The notes: generated by a model from the sequence alone, not told the origin. A DNA stretch of 64,000 bases from Candidatus Woesearchaeota archaeon (GCA_016181265.1 JACOZP010000006.1:19962-83961); one strand, 5' to 3'; numbered from the stretch's first letter, positions 8,941 through 19,230 are shown. Program-made: numbers and translations.

Positions 8941-10134
8941 TCAAAACCGTTGCGTAACTTCTAATGGCTGTAACCCTGCTTCTCGTTTCAACACGTCGGC
9001 CTTGTCTGTTTTCTCCCAACTGAAATCCGGATCGTTACGGCCAAAGTGACCATAAGAAGCCGTCTTGCGGTAGATCGGTCGTCGTAAATTGAGCGTCTCA
9101 ATAATTCCCTTCGGAGTCAGATTGAAATGTTTTCGTACTAATTCTGAAATCTTCTCCTCGGGGATCTTCGCTGTGCTAAATGTATCAACAAGTACGGAAA
9201 CCGGCTGTGCTACCCCGATCGCATAGGCAACTTGCACTTCACACTTATCTGCTAGCCCTGCTGCAACAATATTCTTTGCGACGTACCGAGCCATGTAACA
9301 CGCAGAACGATCAACCTTCGTGGGGTCTTTTCCAGAGAATGCACCCCCGCCATGTCGTCCATAACCACCATAGGTATCGACAATGATTTTCCGACCAGTT
9401 ACACCTGCATCACCTACCGGACCACCAATGACGAAGCGTCCTGTGGGATTGATAAAATATTTTGTATTCCCATCAACCCATTCGTAGCAGATCGGTTTGA
9501 TGATTTTCTCAATAACGTCCCGCCGGATCGTTTCCAAATCAACATCCGGATGATGCTGTGTAGAAACAACCACCGTATCGACCCGTTTTGGCTTACCATC
9601 AACATATTCTACCGTCACCTGAGATTTACCATCGGGACGCAGATACCACAATTCTCCTCGTTTTCGCGCACTTGCCAAGCGTTGCGTTAATTTATGTGCT
9701 AGAAGAATTGGTAGAGGCATATATTCTGGAGTTTCATTTGTGGCAAAACCAAACATTAAGCCTTGATCCCCCGCACCCTGTTCTTGAAATAATCCTGCAC
9801 CCTCAGAAACTCCTTGTGAAATATCCGGTGACTGTTCTGACAACGCGGATAAAACACCACACGTAGAACCATCAAAACCATATTCCGGCTTGTCGTAGCC
9901 AATACTTAAGATCGTATCACGCACTACTTTCTGAACATCAATATACGTTTTCGTCGTCACTTCGCCAGCGACGACAACAAAACCAGTCTTCGTCAACGTT
10001 TCAATTGCTACCCGTGCTTGTGGGTCATCTTTGTAGATTGCATCAAGCAAAGCATCAGAAATTTGATCGCACATCTTATCAGGATGGCCTTCTGTCACGC
10101 TCTCCGAAGTAAATAAATAATTTTGTTGTGCCAT
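8941..10134 (-). CDS. metK: S-adenosylmethionine synthetase, bacterial/eukaryotic type
   Basis: [45 protein letters not shown]. Confidence 0.98.
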   Translation of the reverse strand: MAQQNYLFTSESVTEGHPDKMCDQISDALLDAIYKDDPQARVAIETLTKTGFVVVAGEVTTKTYIDVQKVVRDTILSIGYDKPEYGFDGSTCGVLSALSEQSPDISQGVSEGAGLFQEQGAGDQGLMFGFATNETPEYMPLPILLAHKLTQRLASARKRGELWYLRPDGKSQVTVEYVDGKPKRVDTVVVSTQHHPDVDLETIRRDVIEKIIKPICYEWVDGNTKYFINPTGRFVIGGPVGDAGVTGRKIIVDTYGGYGRHGGGAFSGKDPTKVDRSACYMARYVAKNIVAAGLADKCEVQVAYAIGVAQPVSVLVDTFSTAKIPEEKISELVRKHFNLTPKGIIETLNLRRPIYRKTASYGHFGRNDPDFSWEKTDKADVLKREAGLQPLEVTQRF

Positions 10135-10190
10135 AGTGTTGTCTCCGCAGCTAAAAATAACAGAAAAGATATTTAAACCATCTTGCTCAT

Positions 10191-10210
10191 AATATTCACA
10201 TCAGAATATT
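10191..10210. promoter_or_regulatory. Palindromic candidate operator between divergent metK and HTH-CBS genes
   Basis: AATATTC-ACATCA-GAATATT, a perfect 7-bp inverted repeat lying between the two putative TATA boxes. Confidence 0.4.
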
Positions 10211-10252
10211 TGATCATAACATTTATTAAGCAAGAACAAAAAATAGTGACAG

Positions 10253-10807
10253 ATGGCCTTCCAAAATTTAACTGAAATCAAAAGCTTACGAAAGAGATAT
10301 CACCTTAATCAAAAAGAGCTCGCTCAACGGGCAGGGGTCTCTCAGAGTCTTATCGCTAAAATTGAAGCTGGAACCGTTGAACCTTCGTTCAGTAAAGCCA
10401 AGATGATCTTTGAGACACTAGAGCAGTTACGAGAAACGCAAGAGATCAAAGCAAAAGATCTCATGAACAAGAAGATTAGTTTTGCAGAAATTGGGGAACC
10501 TCTAAAAGAGGTCATCAAAACGATGAAAAACAAAGGTATTTCTCAATTACCAGTTCTTTCCAAAGAGAAATTGTGCGGTATCATCACGGAAGGTTCGATC
10601 CTTCGGAAAATGCTTGAACATCCTGAGAACAGTAATCTCTTCAAAGCCGAAGACGTCATGGAAGAAGCCCCTCCAATCGTAACGTTAAACACGGGGTTCA
10701 ATACCCTCTCTGTCCTGCTGCGTGATCATCCCGTCGTTCTCGTCGCTGAAAGAGGAGACATTAAAGGAATCATCTCTAAGAGTGATTTGTTGGGAAAGAT
10801 AGAATGA
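10253..10807 (+). CDS. XRE-type HTH transcriptional regulator with CBS domain pair
   Basis: LNQKELAQRAGVSQSLIAKIEAG HTH; ISQLPV, GIITEGS, GIISKSDL CBS motifs. Confidence 0.92.
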   Translation: MAFQNLTEIKSLRKRYHLNQKELAQRAGVSQSLIAKIEAGTVEPSFSKAKMIFETLEQLRETQEIKAKDLMNKKISFAEIGEPLKEVIKTMKNKGISQLPVLSKEKLCGIITEGSILRKMLEHPENSNLFKAEDVMEEAPPIVTLNTGFNTLSVLLRDHPVVLVAERGDIKGIISKSDLLGKIE

Positions 10808-10815
10808 TACAATGA

Positions 10816-11130
10816 TTATTCTAAAACAGAATTCGTCTCTTCCCTAACCCACCGTTCATATTCTTCATTTGCTTCAACATTCATCTTCAGAATACATGGA
10901 TTTTTATAGGGATGAATCTTTAGAATCTCTGCTTTAACCGCCCCCCAATTCTCTTCTTTCGTCTTCAATAAAGAAACTATTTCATCAGAATTCTCGAGTT
11001 TATTTTCCCACCAATATGAACTAGTGATAGGAAAATAGTTTGCACAGGCAATCAATCTCTTCTGGATAAGGTGATTAACAATCTTTTGTGCTTGGTCTAA
11101 ATTCTCGTGGGTTACATAGACTAAAATCAT
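10816..11130 (-). CDS. cutA: Divalent-cation tolerance protein CutA
   Basis: ILVYVT, RLIACAN, SSYWWENK, LLKT, HPYKNPCI. Confidence 0.93.
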   Translation of the reverse strand: MILVYVTHENLDQAQKIVNHLIQKRLIACANYFPITSSYWWENKLENSDEIVSLLKTKEENWGAVKAEILKIHPYKNPCILKMNVEANEEYERWVREETNSVLE

Positions 11131-11147
11131 AGAATTTCCTTTCACGA

Positions 11148-12020
11148 TCAATCCATCGCTTGAAATGCTAAAATATCTTCCGTGCTCAACTTCTTTCCCT
11201 TCTTCATCTTCTCTTGAACTTCCGCTGTTCTCTCCCGTACTCGACTTTTGAAACTATTCTCATCATGTTCCTTCAACTGTGAAGAGAACGCGTCTAGCTG
11301 TTTGGACAATTCTTCTTGTTTTTGTTTCGTCTGGAAGAATTCTTCTTTTAATCTTAAATATTTCTCAGCCACTTCTCTCTCTTCTTCACGCCATTTCTTG
11401 ATCTCGTCATATAATGTATTGATCCCCACATGAACATCCTGTGACTGTTGGGCCAGATCCTGCACCTGTTGATGAACGTCCTGCGCTTTCCTCCGGCTCT
11501 CAGAAAATTCTACTCTTGTTGCATTTGCTTCTTTAGAAGCATCCGCGGCAACTGTAAATTTTTTATAGGTTGCTTTCAACTCTTTGATTTTCTTATTTAA
11601 TTCCTGTTCTTTAGTGAAGGGCATGACTTCCGTTTCTATTTTCCGCTCTAGGCGAGCAATCTCCATCTTTAACTTATGTGGGCTTTCACGAAAAGTTGAA
11701 CTATCACCCATATCTTTCTTCTTCTGATCAACAACATGATGAGCTTGTGCTTTCTCTTTAACAACTTGATTCAGCTGATCACGTTCTCCTTTCAGCTTCT
11801 TTACCTGACCGGTCATCGAATTCCGCTGCATCTTTAACTCTTGAATACGGGCAGTGTGTACAGAAATTTTATCACGAAGAATTTTCAATTCACGAAAAGC
11901 GGCTTCTTTCTCAGTATTCAAAGCATGTAAAGTACTCTTCAACGAAGAGACTTCCTGTTTTTTCGTCAGATACTCTTTACGTACCGTTTGAACATTGGCA
12001 GACATTTCTTCCATGAGCAT
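11148..12020 (-). CDS. Archaeal coiled-coil protein (COG1340-like)
   Basis: Heptad-rich throughout; LERKIETEVM...KEQEL and terminal KKLSTEDILAFQ are typical of this family. Confidence 0.8.
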   Translation of the reverse strand: MLMEEMSANVQTVRKEYLTKKQEVSSLKSTLHALNTEKEAAFRELKILRDKISVHTARIQELKMQRNSMTGQVKKLKGERDQLNQVVKEKAQAHHVVDQKKKDMGDSSTFRESPHKLKMEIARLERKIETEVMPFTKEQELNKKIKELKATYKKFTVAADASKEANATRVEFSESRRKAQDVHQQVQDLAQQSQDVHVGINTLYDEIKKWREEEREVAEKYLRLKEEFFQTKQKQEELSKQLDAFSSQLKEHDENSFKSRVRERTAEVQEKMKKGKKLSTEDILAFQAMD

Positions 12021-12081
12021 CACTTAATTTTGATCTATAGATAAAATAAAATAAAAAGAGAGAAAAGAATTCTCTAGGATT

Positions 12082-12393
12082 CTATCCGAAGAGTGCGCCA
12101 AGTCCAGCTGCAGCTGCTTCATCAGCTTTCTTGGAATCTTCTTCTTTCTTCTTCTCTTCTTTCTTTTCACTGGCAGCAGGAGCTGCGCCAGCGGCAGGTG
12201 CAGCAACAGGTGCTGCCATCGCTGCTTTCTTGATTGCGTCTTCAATATTAACGCCTTCGAGAGCGGCAACTAATGCTTTGACTCGCGCATCATCAGCTTT
12301 AACGCCTGCGGCAGTCAGGACAGCTTTTACTGAAGCGTCCGTAATATCTTTTCCTGCTTTGTACAATAACATTGCAGCGTAAATGTATTCCAT
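12082..12393 (-). CDS. rpl12p: 50S ribosomal stalk protein P1 (L12p)
   Basis: [10 protein letters not shown], Ala-rich hinge, C-terminal [10 protein letters not shown]. Confidence 0.97.
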   Translation of the reverse strand: MEYIYAAMLLYKAGKDITDASVKAVLTAAGVKADDARVKALVAALEGVNIEDAIKKAAMAAPVAAPAAGAAPAASEKKEEKKKEEDSKKADEAAAAGLGALFG

Positions 12394-12457
12394 TTTCAAT
12401 ACCTCCATCTAAGCTCATTTAATGATGAGTGTGCATGTTTTTTAATTTTTGTGATGA

Positions 12458-13297
12458 TTACAATCCCGCTTCTTTCTGTACGGAAGCTGCTTCTGCCTCC
12501 GATTTAGCAAGGATCGCATCTCTAGTCTCTTCCGTCATGAACGCTGACTCAACACCGACTGCCTTCGCGTCACGGAATGCTTTCTGAACCAGTAATTCAA
12601 CAACATCAGCAGCAGGATACGCTGCTTCGACAGCAAGATTGACTGCCCATCGTGCCGCATCCATAATCTGACGTGCAAATTCTGCTTCATCAATATGTAA
12701 TTGTTTCGCATTAAAAATAAGGCCATTTTCCCAAACTGCAACCAGATCAAGACCGATCTCCATCGGTTTGATATCAAGTCTCTTTAAGGTCTCTGCAAGT
12801 TTTGAGCTAATCGTCGCTCCTTCTTTAGCAACAGTAACATCAGCAAGGATCGCTAGTTTTCCTGCATCGACTTTCGTCTTGATTCCAACTGCCGCTAACT
12901 CTGAGATGATCGGACCAGGTGCAAAATTTGTAGATCCAGCCTTGACTATAATATCACGAGGTGCTGTCTGTCCCGCTTTCGCAGGCGCTTCAGACTTGTT
13001 CTTCTGTAACGTTGCATATAATGAAAAAGGATTATCTTTGGTAAGGATTAAAGCAGGCATGCCTTTGACAGTCTCTGCCAGTTTGGCGATATTCTCTTTA
13101 TGTGAATCCTGCAAGGCTTTGAGAATCAACCGCTTTCTCATCATGATAATCTCTACCCCTTTCTTGCGAAGAGTAGTACGCATGACCTGTAGCTGTTGTG
13201 CAGGAAGAGTCTGCATATTGACAACACCGACGATCGGATATTCTTTGACTTTCTTGGTAAGCATCAGTACTAATTGTTGTTTCTGTTCGCTGACCAT
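12458..13297 (-). CDS. rplP0: 50S ribosomal protein uL10 (P0)
   Basis: PAQQLQ, APAKAGQTAPRDI, GSTNFAPGP, LKRLDIKP. Confidence 0.96.
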   Translation of the reverse strand: MVSEQKQQLVLMLTKKVKEYPIVGVVNMQTLPAQQLQVMRTTLRKKGVEIIMMRKRLILKALQDSHKENIAKLAETVKGMPALILTKDNPFSLYATLQKNKSEAPAKAGQTAPRDIIVKAGSTNFAPGPIISELAAVGIKTKVDAGKLAILADVTVAKEGATISSKLAETLKRLDIKPMEIGLDLVAVWENGLIFNAKQLHIDEAEFARQIMDAARWAVNLAVEAAYPAADVVELLVQKAFRDAKAVGVESAFMTEETRDAILAKSEAEAASVQKEAGL

Positions 13298-13298
13298 G

Positions 13299-13937
13299 TT
13301 AGAAGACCCTCACCGGTTTGCTCATGCTTAACTTCAGAGCGACATTCTTGATGTTCTGCGTTTCGTTTGGAACCGCTTTCAAGACGGCTTGATACACGGC
13401 TAAAACATTATCAACAATTTCCATTTCAGGTTGCGTTTCTTTTCCGATCATACATTGCAAGGCTAATCCTTTTCGGCTTTGCACTCTGACCGTGTGATTT
13501 AATCTCTTAATCAGTGGCTCAAGCATTGCTGTCGGAGGGACGACACAACCCAGCTTTGGATTTGGCATCTTTCCTTTGGTACCCAATACTTTCCCGAACG
13601 CCGCAGCGACTTTAGGCATTAATGTTGCTTGAGCAATAAAATAATCGTAATCTTGAGCTAAGACCTTCATCTTTTTGACATCGTACTTTGGAAAATCTGC
13701 CTCTCTGATAACTAGATCGCAGAATTGATCTGCTTGACCGGCTAACTGTTGATCAACAAAGGCAGCTACTTTAATCTTTTTTCCTTTAGAATGGGGAACA
13801 GTGACAAAGACATCGATCGGTTCTTGCTTAGTAACAAGGTTCTTAAGATTAATGACAAGATCATAAGATTGAGCGAACTTTCTCTTCGGAATCAACTTTA
13901 ATTCGTCCAACGCTTTCATAACGTGTTGCTTATCCAT
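13299..13937 (-). CDS. rpl1: 50S ribosomal protein uL1
   Basis: KRKFAQSYDLVINLK, FIAQATLMPKVA...GKVLGTKGKMP, LKLSMSKP. Confidence 0.96.
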   Translation of the reverse strand: MDKQHVMKALDELKLIPKRKFAQSYDLVINLKNLVTKQEPIDVFVTVPHSKGKKIKVAAFVDQQLAGQADQFCDLVIREADFPKYDVKKMKVLAQDYDYFIAQATLMPKVAAAFGKVLGTKGKMPNPKLGCVVPPTAMLEPLIKRLNHTVRVQSRKGLALQCMIGKETQPEMEIVDNVLAVYQAVLKAVPNETQNIKNVALKLSMSKPVRVF

Positions 13938-14073
13938 GTATGACCTCCTACAAATCGCAGCACAAAAATGCTCTTTGCTGGTGTAGTGATGTGGTTTACA
14001 GCTTGGGAGAGCAGGTTATTTATAAAGATTTTGGTGAGGAAGAGCTCAAATGAATGATTCGTCCCATACCTCT

Positions 14074-14919
14074 TCACCAATACAAAGAAGGCAGGGGAGG
14101 TGTTCCCAAGAGTGTCGAATTCAGTGGAATCGAACCCAACAACACTTCTTTAGAGGAATGATAACAATGGAAACTGATTCGCCAAAAGAGCTCGACGGAA
14201 TCAAACGTATTGATTTTATCAGAGTCCCTTTGTCCAGAACCTAGTTTTCGTATATCTTGATGATTCAGCGCTACAAAGAGACGTGAGCCATATTCAAAAA
14301 TATCACGATGAGATAGTGCTCCCACAGAAAAAGGAAATTCATTTAACCGATGAGGTGACAACAGATCTCCAATCTCACGTTCAACAACAGAACGGTCCCG
14401 ACAACCGCGCGCTTCTGAAATAATAGTGTGAAAGAAATTTAACATCGCGGCTCTGCGAGAACCCCAGAGATAGCCTTTCGGATCATCATAGGCATTAGGA
14501 TTATAGTATCTCTCAGAATGCCAGAGAGAATAGTCTATGAAATATAAGGTAGCAAGTACCTCTTTATCAGAAGGTAATTGACTAAACGTAGTATGATCAT
14601 CAAAACGAATATAACGCGAAAGAGGAACAATTCGTGCTTGAGGCAAGCCAAAATGTGTAACGAATCCATTGAGTGGAGGATTGATTACTCCTCGTTCTCG
14701 TTCAGCAAGCCCTAATTGATGAACAATTCCATCGATGTGACCAGCAAAGTGCCCGCCCTCCCAGCCTCGCGCTAACAACTCGGGTTTACACTGCCGATCA
14801 GCTTCATCGGCAACAGCAATAAGATTTTGAAGAATCTCTTTTCCATCAGGTGCAGAAAATCGAGATGACTTCTTAAGAGAAGGAGAATGAGCTTTTACGA
14901 GAGAACGTTCCGGAGACAT
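14074..14919 (-). CDS. Hypothetical protein
   Basis: 281-aa ORF co-oriented with its neighbours; no motif recognised. Confidence 0.6.
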   Translation of the reverse strand: MSPERSLVKAHSPSLKKSSRFSAPDGKEILQNLIAVADEADRQCKPELLARGWEGGHFAGHIDGIVHQLGLAERERGVINPPLNGFVTHFGLPQARIVPLSRYIRFDDHTTFSQLPSDKEVLATLYFIDYSLWHSERYYNPNAYDDPKGYLWGSRRAAMLNFFHTIISEARGCRDRSVVEREIGDLLSPHRLNEFPFSVGALSHRDIFEYGSRLFVALNHQDIRKLGSGQRDSDKINTFDSVELFWRISFHCYHSSKEVLLGSIPLNSTLLGTPPLPSLYW

Positions 14920-14932
14920 CGTAAATTAAACT

Positions 14933-15253
14933 TTATTCTATTTCCTCTTCTTCTCCTTCTTTCTTCTTTTTCGGATGCTTCATATCTTCGACAGCTTTCT
15001 TGAACGCCGTCACTTGATTCTCTGTCAATGAACCAAAACGATGATACGCTTCTTTAATGTTCCGTAAGAACATCGAGTTCTCATAGAAATCACGAGGGAT
15101 GTCAAACAACTCTTTATAGGGTGATTCTGTTACGGGATCAGAAATCCGTTTCATATGACACTCTGCACAGATCGGAAATTGCCGTGAAGAATACATCACC
15201 ACCATATTCTTCTTACAGATAGCACAGCGTTGTTTGAAGCGTGGGCGAGGCAT
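14933..15253 (-). CDS. Small zinc-finger (CxxC...CxxC) protein
   Basis: CAIC...CAEC; likely start MPRPRFK at 15253. Confidence 0.7.
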   Translation of the reverse strand: MPRPRFKQRCAICKKNMVVMYSSRQFPICAECHMKRISDPVTESPYKELFDIPRDFYENSMFLRNIKEAYHRFGSLTENQVTAFKKAVEDMKHPKKKKEGEEEEIE

Positions 15254-15291
15254 ATATTGAAAAGAAGACTGTTCTTTATTAATGTTTGGCA

Positions 15292-16518
15292 TCATTTCTG
15301 CGCAATATGCAAAGCATGGTACTCTCTGATCGCCCGACGCACTGCACCAATAAATTTAAAGTGAACATATTGCGGTTCCAGACCTTCAGTCCCATCACGA
15401 TATCGTCTAAGGTAGAAAAGGTTACGCATTTCAGCGCGGCTAATCTCAATTTGAACGCCTTTCAGGGGAGGAAAATTGGTGATGTTCTTTGGATGTCGAC
15501 CAGAAAATCGTTTTCCTTCTCCCATCTCTACGGGAAAATGCTCCCAATCTAAATATTGAATGATGAGATCACGCAACTGCTTATTTAGACCGCCGACAAT
15601 AATACGGTACTCTTCTTCGCCATGTTCTCCTTTTGCCAGCGAGCCAAATGTATGAATAGAAATGGCAACATTAACTTTATCCATCAACGCAAGAAGACGC
15701 GGCTCCCTAAATTTAGTGGAAGTAATGTGAAGACTCTTACATTTTCCATTCTTATCACAGACTTGAGTACGCGCAATGAAAGCGTAATAGATATATTGAG
15801 AAGCACCAAAACGAGGATTCCCCGCAAGATTACTAGCTAACAGTTCTGTTCCCGGTTCAATTAAACCACCGTGGGGAGCAAAGATCAAAAGAGGATATTC
15901 TCCTTCACGAATTCTAATTTCATAATCTTTGCCTTCCTCTAATGATTTTAAATCTTTAAATTTTATATCGCCCGTCTTAGGAAGTTGACGAAAGAACGAT
16001 TGGCCAAAGAGTGTTTCAGGTTCTTGAGTAGAAGATGGACGGAGAGATTTTAGAAGTTTGACTGCGCCAGCCCCGGCAGCCACACCAGCAGTTACTGCGG
16101 CTCCTTTCAAAAGACGGCGACGACTTCCGGGGGCATAAATTAATTTTTCACGAAGATCTTTTCCATCAACTTCAACTAAAATGCGAAAGTGGATGATCTT
16201 CTTCTCGATCTCATCTTTCTGAGAAATAAATGAGTCTGGATCTTTTTGATTAAATAATTTTTTAAGATTCGAAGAGATATCATCTAAAATAACAATTAAA
16301 CTCGTTAGTTGATGATCGATACGAATGCGTGAAAGATACTGCACTCTTTGAACAACATTGGCTTTTAAAAGATCAACCTCATGAAGAAGATCAAATTGCG
16401 GCATTTCTCCAAATCGCAAAGCGTTGAAATGTTTCTTGAGCCCGCGCCAGAGAGTGTAAAAATGCGGGCCACCCACTCCTTCAAAATATTCCTCTGAGCC
16501 ACTAAACCAAATGGTCAT
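15292..16518 (-). CDS. Poly-gamma-glutamate hydrolase family protein (PghP/DUF867-like) with N-terminal extension and internal twin-Arg/hydrophobic segment
   Basis: APHGGLIEPGTE, HITST, ISIH, IIVGG, NITN, GVQIEIS motifs; SRRRLLKGAAVTAGVAAGAGAV near residue 131. Confidence 0.75.
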   Translation of the reverse strand: MTIWFSGSEEYFEGVGGPHFYTLWRGLKKHFNALRFGEMPQFDLLHEVDLLKANVVQRVQYLSRIRIDHQLTSLIVILDDISSNLKKLFNQKDPDSFISQKDEIEKKIIHFRILVEVDGKDLREKLIYAPGSRRRLLKGAAVTAGVAAGAGAVKLLKSLRPSSTQEPETLFGQSFFRQLPKTGDIKFKDLKSLEEGKDYEIRIREGEYPLLIFAPHGGLIEPGTELLASNLAGNPRFGASQYIYYAFIARTQVCDKNGKCKSLHITSTKFREPRLLALMDKVNVAISIHTFGSLAKGEHGEEEYRIIVGGLNKQLRDLIIQYLDWEHFPVEMGEGKRFSGRHPKNITNFPPLKGVQIEISRAEMRNLFYLRRYRDGTEGLEPQYVHFKFIGAVRRAIREYHALHIAQK

Positions 16519-16611
16519 ATGATTCTTAATGGTAATGAATATAAAAATGTTCCCTAGTCAAGAATCCCTGTAAAAACATTTTATCAATTCTGGAAGAAAG
16601 TTTTGAATACA

Positions 16612-17442
16612 ATGTCCATGAAGAAAAGAGGAAGGAGAATCATATCCCTCTGCAAAACACTGCTTTTGGCAACACCATTGTTCTTTACACCGCACAATCG
16701 TGAGGTTGTAGATCCAAAAGACGAATATGGTGAATACATTCTAACAACGGCCACCCAAAAATATGAGGACTTGGATGCAATCGATGCTGATTCAGCAATC
16801 GATAATTCACTTGAAGAGAAGTTAGGGATTAGAATTTTAGGCTACCCTACAAAAGAAGACATCGACGATCTCCAAAACTTCTACTCCGATCAAAAAAACC
16901 GCCGAAGACTATTTTTGAGAGAAGATATGGGATTAGAAAGAGTAGTTATCTTCCCGCCACAGATGAGAGCACATTCAGAATATCTCGGCAAAACAGTATT
17001 TGACAGAAATGAGATCCAATTCTTCTCAGGACAGGTCAACGAACACGGGGTTGCTCACCATGAATTTACCCACTTGGGAGTTCAGTATCTCGAAGAGAAC
17101 AATTCACCATTTCTAGAAGAATGGAAATCAATTGCAGGTAGTTATACTCACATTGAAGAGATGAGAACCGGAAAAGAAGTGAGATACGTTTACAGCAAAG
17201 CAAGAGAAAAGCAAGAACCCCTGTTCGGATACGTTACTCCTTACGGCGGAAAATCATTGCACGAAGATGTAGCCACATACGTAGAGTATATCGTTGCACA
17301 ACCCGAAGTATTTGGAAAAGCCACAGAAAGTTTTGATCTATATTCACGGAAGCTAGAGTTATTATTGTGCTATGAGTTTATCACCCCAGAAGAATTTAAA
17401 AAAGTGGATGAGTATCTGACTCAAGCAAGGCTAAAACCATAA
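16612..17442 (+). CDS. Putative secreted or membrane-anchored zinc metallopeptidase
   Basis: HEFTH (HExxH) with downstream VTPYG...HEDVAT third-ligand motif; N-terminal basic plus hydrophobic anchor. Confidence 0.7.
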   Translation: MSMKKRGRRIISLCKTLLLATPLFFTPHNREVVDPKDEYGEYILTTATQKYEDLDAIDADSAIDNSLEEKLGIRILGYPTKEDIDDLQNFYSDQKNRRRLFLREDMGLERVVIFPPQMRAHSEYLGKTVFDRNEIQFFSGQVNEHGVAHHEFTHLGVQYLEENNSPFLEEWKSIAGSYTHIEEMRTGKEVRYVYSKAREKQEPLFGYVTPYGGKSLHEDVATYVEYIVAQPEVFGKATESFDLYSRKLELLLCYEFITPEEFKKVDEYLTQARLKP

Positions 17443-17458
17443 TTAACGAGAGGAATGT

Positions 17459-18589
17459 TCATCCGAAGATCCGTTCTAAGAAACTTTTGCTCGCTTTCTC
17501 TTCTTTCAGCTGCACGATCAAATCTTTCTGCTTCTTCGACAATTTCGTAGGGATTTGAATATGTACTTTCACCAGCTGATCACCACGTCCAGAACCATGC
17601 AACGAGGGTAATCCCTTACTACTCATCTTAAATGTTGTTTCAGATTGCGTACCTGCAGGAATCTTTAGCATCGCCTTACCATCGATTGTCGGCACTTCGA
17701 TCTCATCACCCAATACCGCTTGCGTAAAAGAGAGTGGAACCGTCAAGAGTAGATCGTTCTCTCTACGGACGAAGATTTTATGGGGAAGGAGACGAATGCC
17801 AACATAAAGGTCGCCACTCGGACCATTATGACTACCGACACCACCTTCACCACGTACTCGTAGACGTGTTCCCTCTTCGACGCCCGCAGGAATCGTTACT
17901 TCAATCTCTTTTTTCCGCCGGATAACTCTTTCACCATGACAAACTTCACAGGAATCTGTCGCAACTTCGCCACGTCCCTGACATTCTGAACACGGCCCCG
18001 TTTGTTGAAAAAGTCCAAACGGTGTCCGTTGTGTTCGTTTCAAATAGCCCGAACCATGACAATGATGACATTGTTCAAAAGAATGCGCTCCTCTGCCACT
18101 ACAGGCATCACAGCGTTCTAATTTATTCAAGGGGATTGTCTTCTTCGTCCCAAAGGTTGCTTCCTCCAAAGAGATTTCCATCTCATAAAGAAGATCGTCG
18201 CCTCGTTGCCCACGAGCCCCTTTTCTATTCCCACCACCACCACTAAAGAGATGATCAAAGATGTCTTCAAAATCACCAAACATCCCCGACTTGAATTGTG
18301 ACATGACATCAGAATAATCAAAGCCACTATACCCAGGACCACCAGCACCCCCCCCACTACCAAGTGAGCCATGACCAAATTGATCATACTGCTGCCGCTT
18401 CTTATCATCAGCCAGTACAGAAGCCGCCTCGCTAATCTCTTTAAATTTCTCTTCGTACTCCTTTTTCTTCTCCTCAGGAGCGCGATCAGGATGAAACTGC
18501 AACGCTAATTTCTTATATGCTCTTTTAATCTCGTCCTTTGTCGCACCTTTAGAGATGCCTAGAAGTTCGTAGTAGTCTTTTTTACTCAT
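17459..18589 (-). CDS. dnaJ: Chaperone DnaJ
   Basis: J domain with HPD, G/F region, four CxxCxGxG-type repeats. Confidence 0.98.
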   Translation of the reverse strand: MSKKDYYELLGISKGATKDEIKRAYKKLALQFHPDRAPEEKKKEYEEKFKEISEAASVLADDKKRQQYDQFGHGSLGSGGGAGGPGYSGFDYSDVMSQFKSGMFGDFEDIFDHLFSGGGGNRKGARGQRGDDLLYEMEISLEEATFGTKKTIPLNKLERCDACSGRGAHSFEQCHHCHGSGYLKRTQRTPFGLFQQTGPCSECQGRGEVATDSCEVCHGERVIRRKKEIEVTIPAGVEEGTRLRVRGEGGVGSHNGPSGDLYVGIRLLPHKIFVRRENDLLLTVPLSFTQAVLGDEIEVPTIDGKAMLKIPAGTQSETTFKMSSKGLPSLHGSGRGDQLVKVHIQIPTKLSKKQKDLIVQLKEEKASKSFLERIFG

Positions 18590-19230
18590 CTGTTCCCCCC
18601 TTCTTTTTTCATCTGTTCTCCCAACTCTTCTGCAGGAAAAGACAACAGCGTAAACAATGAAGTTTCAATCGCGTTCATCTTCGCGAGAAATAAATCCCAA
18701 GCATCTTCACGTTCAGGATAGCGTTCACGGAGATAGGCAACTCTCTCTTTCATGGAAACAATCCTATCTTGAAAGACCCGCCAATCGGCATAATGCACGA
18801 TCTTCTCCTCCCAACTAAAATCCGTCTCGCGCGGATTACTGACTCTCTTCAGAGAAATCGCTAATTCTGGATAGATGTCACGAAAGACAAGGTAGGCTAT
18901 TTCTCCTTCATACATCTGAGGATATCTCTCTCGAAGTATCTCCCGCATTTTGATCTCGTCCTCAGAAAATTGATAGTTATGAAACTTATTTGGTTTTAAT
19001 TCCGCAAGAGCTGCTACTTTAAACAAGTCGTGGAATAAACCAAGACGATCTGCAAAGAGTACATTAACAGCAATCCCTTTTTTATACAACTCTTCTGCCA
19101 AAAAGCGGGAAACGTCACGGACCCGTTGGCAATGGGCTTTGATATTTCCTGGAACTTTATAGTCCTCAAAGTATTGTAAACTTTCCTCCTCCGCGGGAAG
19201 ATGTGCCACGATCATCATGTTTTCGCTCAT
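18586..19230 (-). CDS. HD-domain phosphohydrolase
   Basis: AHCQRV, FHDLFK, EEKIVHYAD; overlaps the dnaJ start (ATGA). Confidence 0.85.
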   Translation of the reverse strand: MSENMMIVAHLPAEEESLQYFEDYKVPGNIKAHCQRVRDVSRFLAEELYKKGIAVNVLFADRLGLFHDLFKVAALAELKPNKFHNYQFSEDEIKMREILRERYPQMYEGEIAYLVFRDIYPELAISLKRVSNPRETDFSWEEKIVHYADWRVFQDRIVSMKERVAYLRERYPEREDAWDLFLAKMNAIETSLFTLLSFPAEELGEQMKKEGGNR

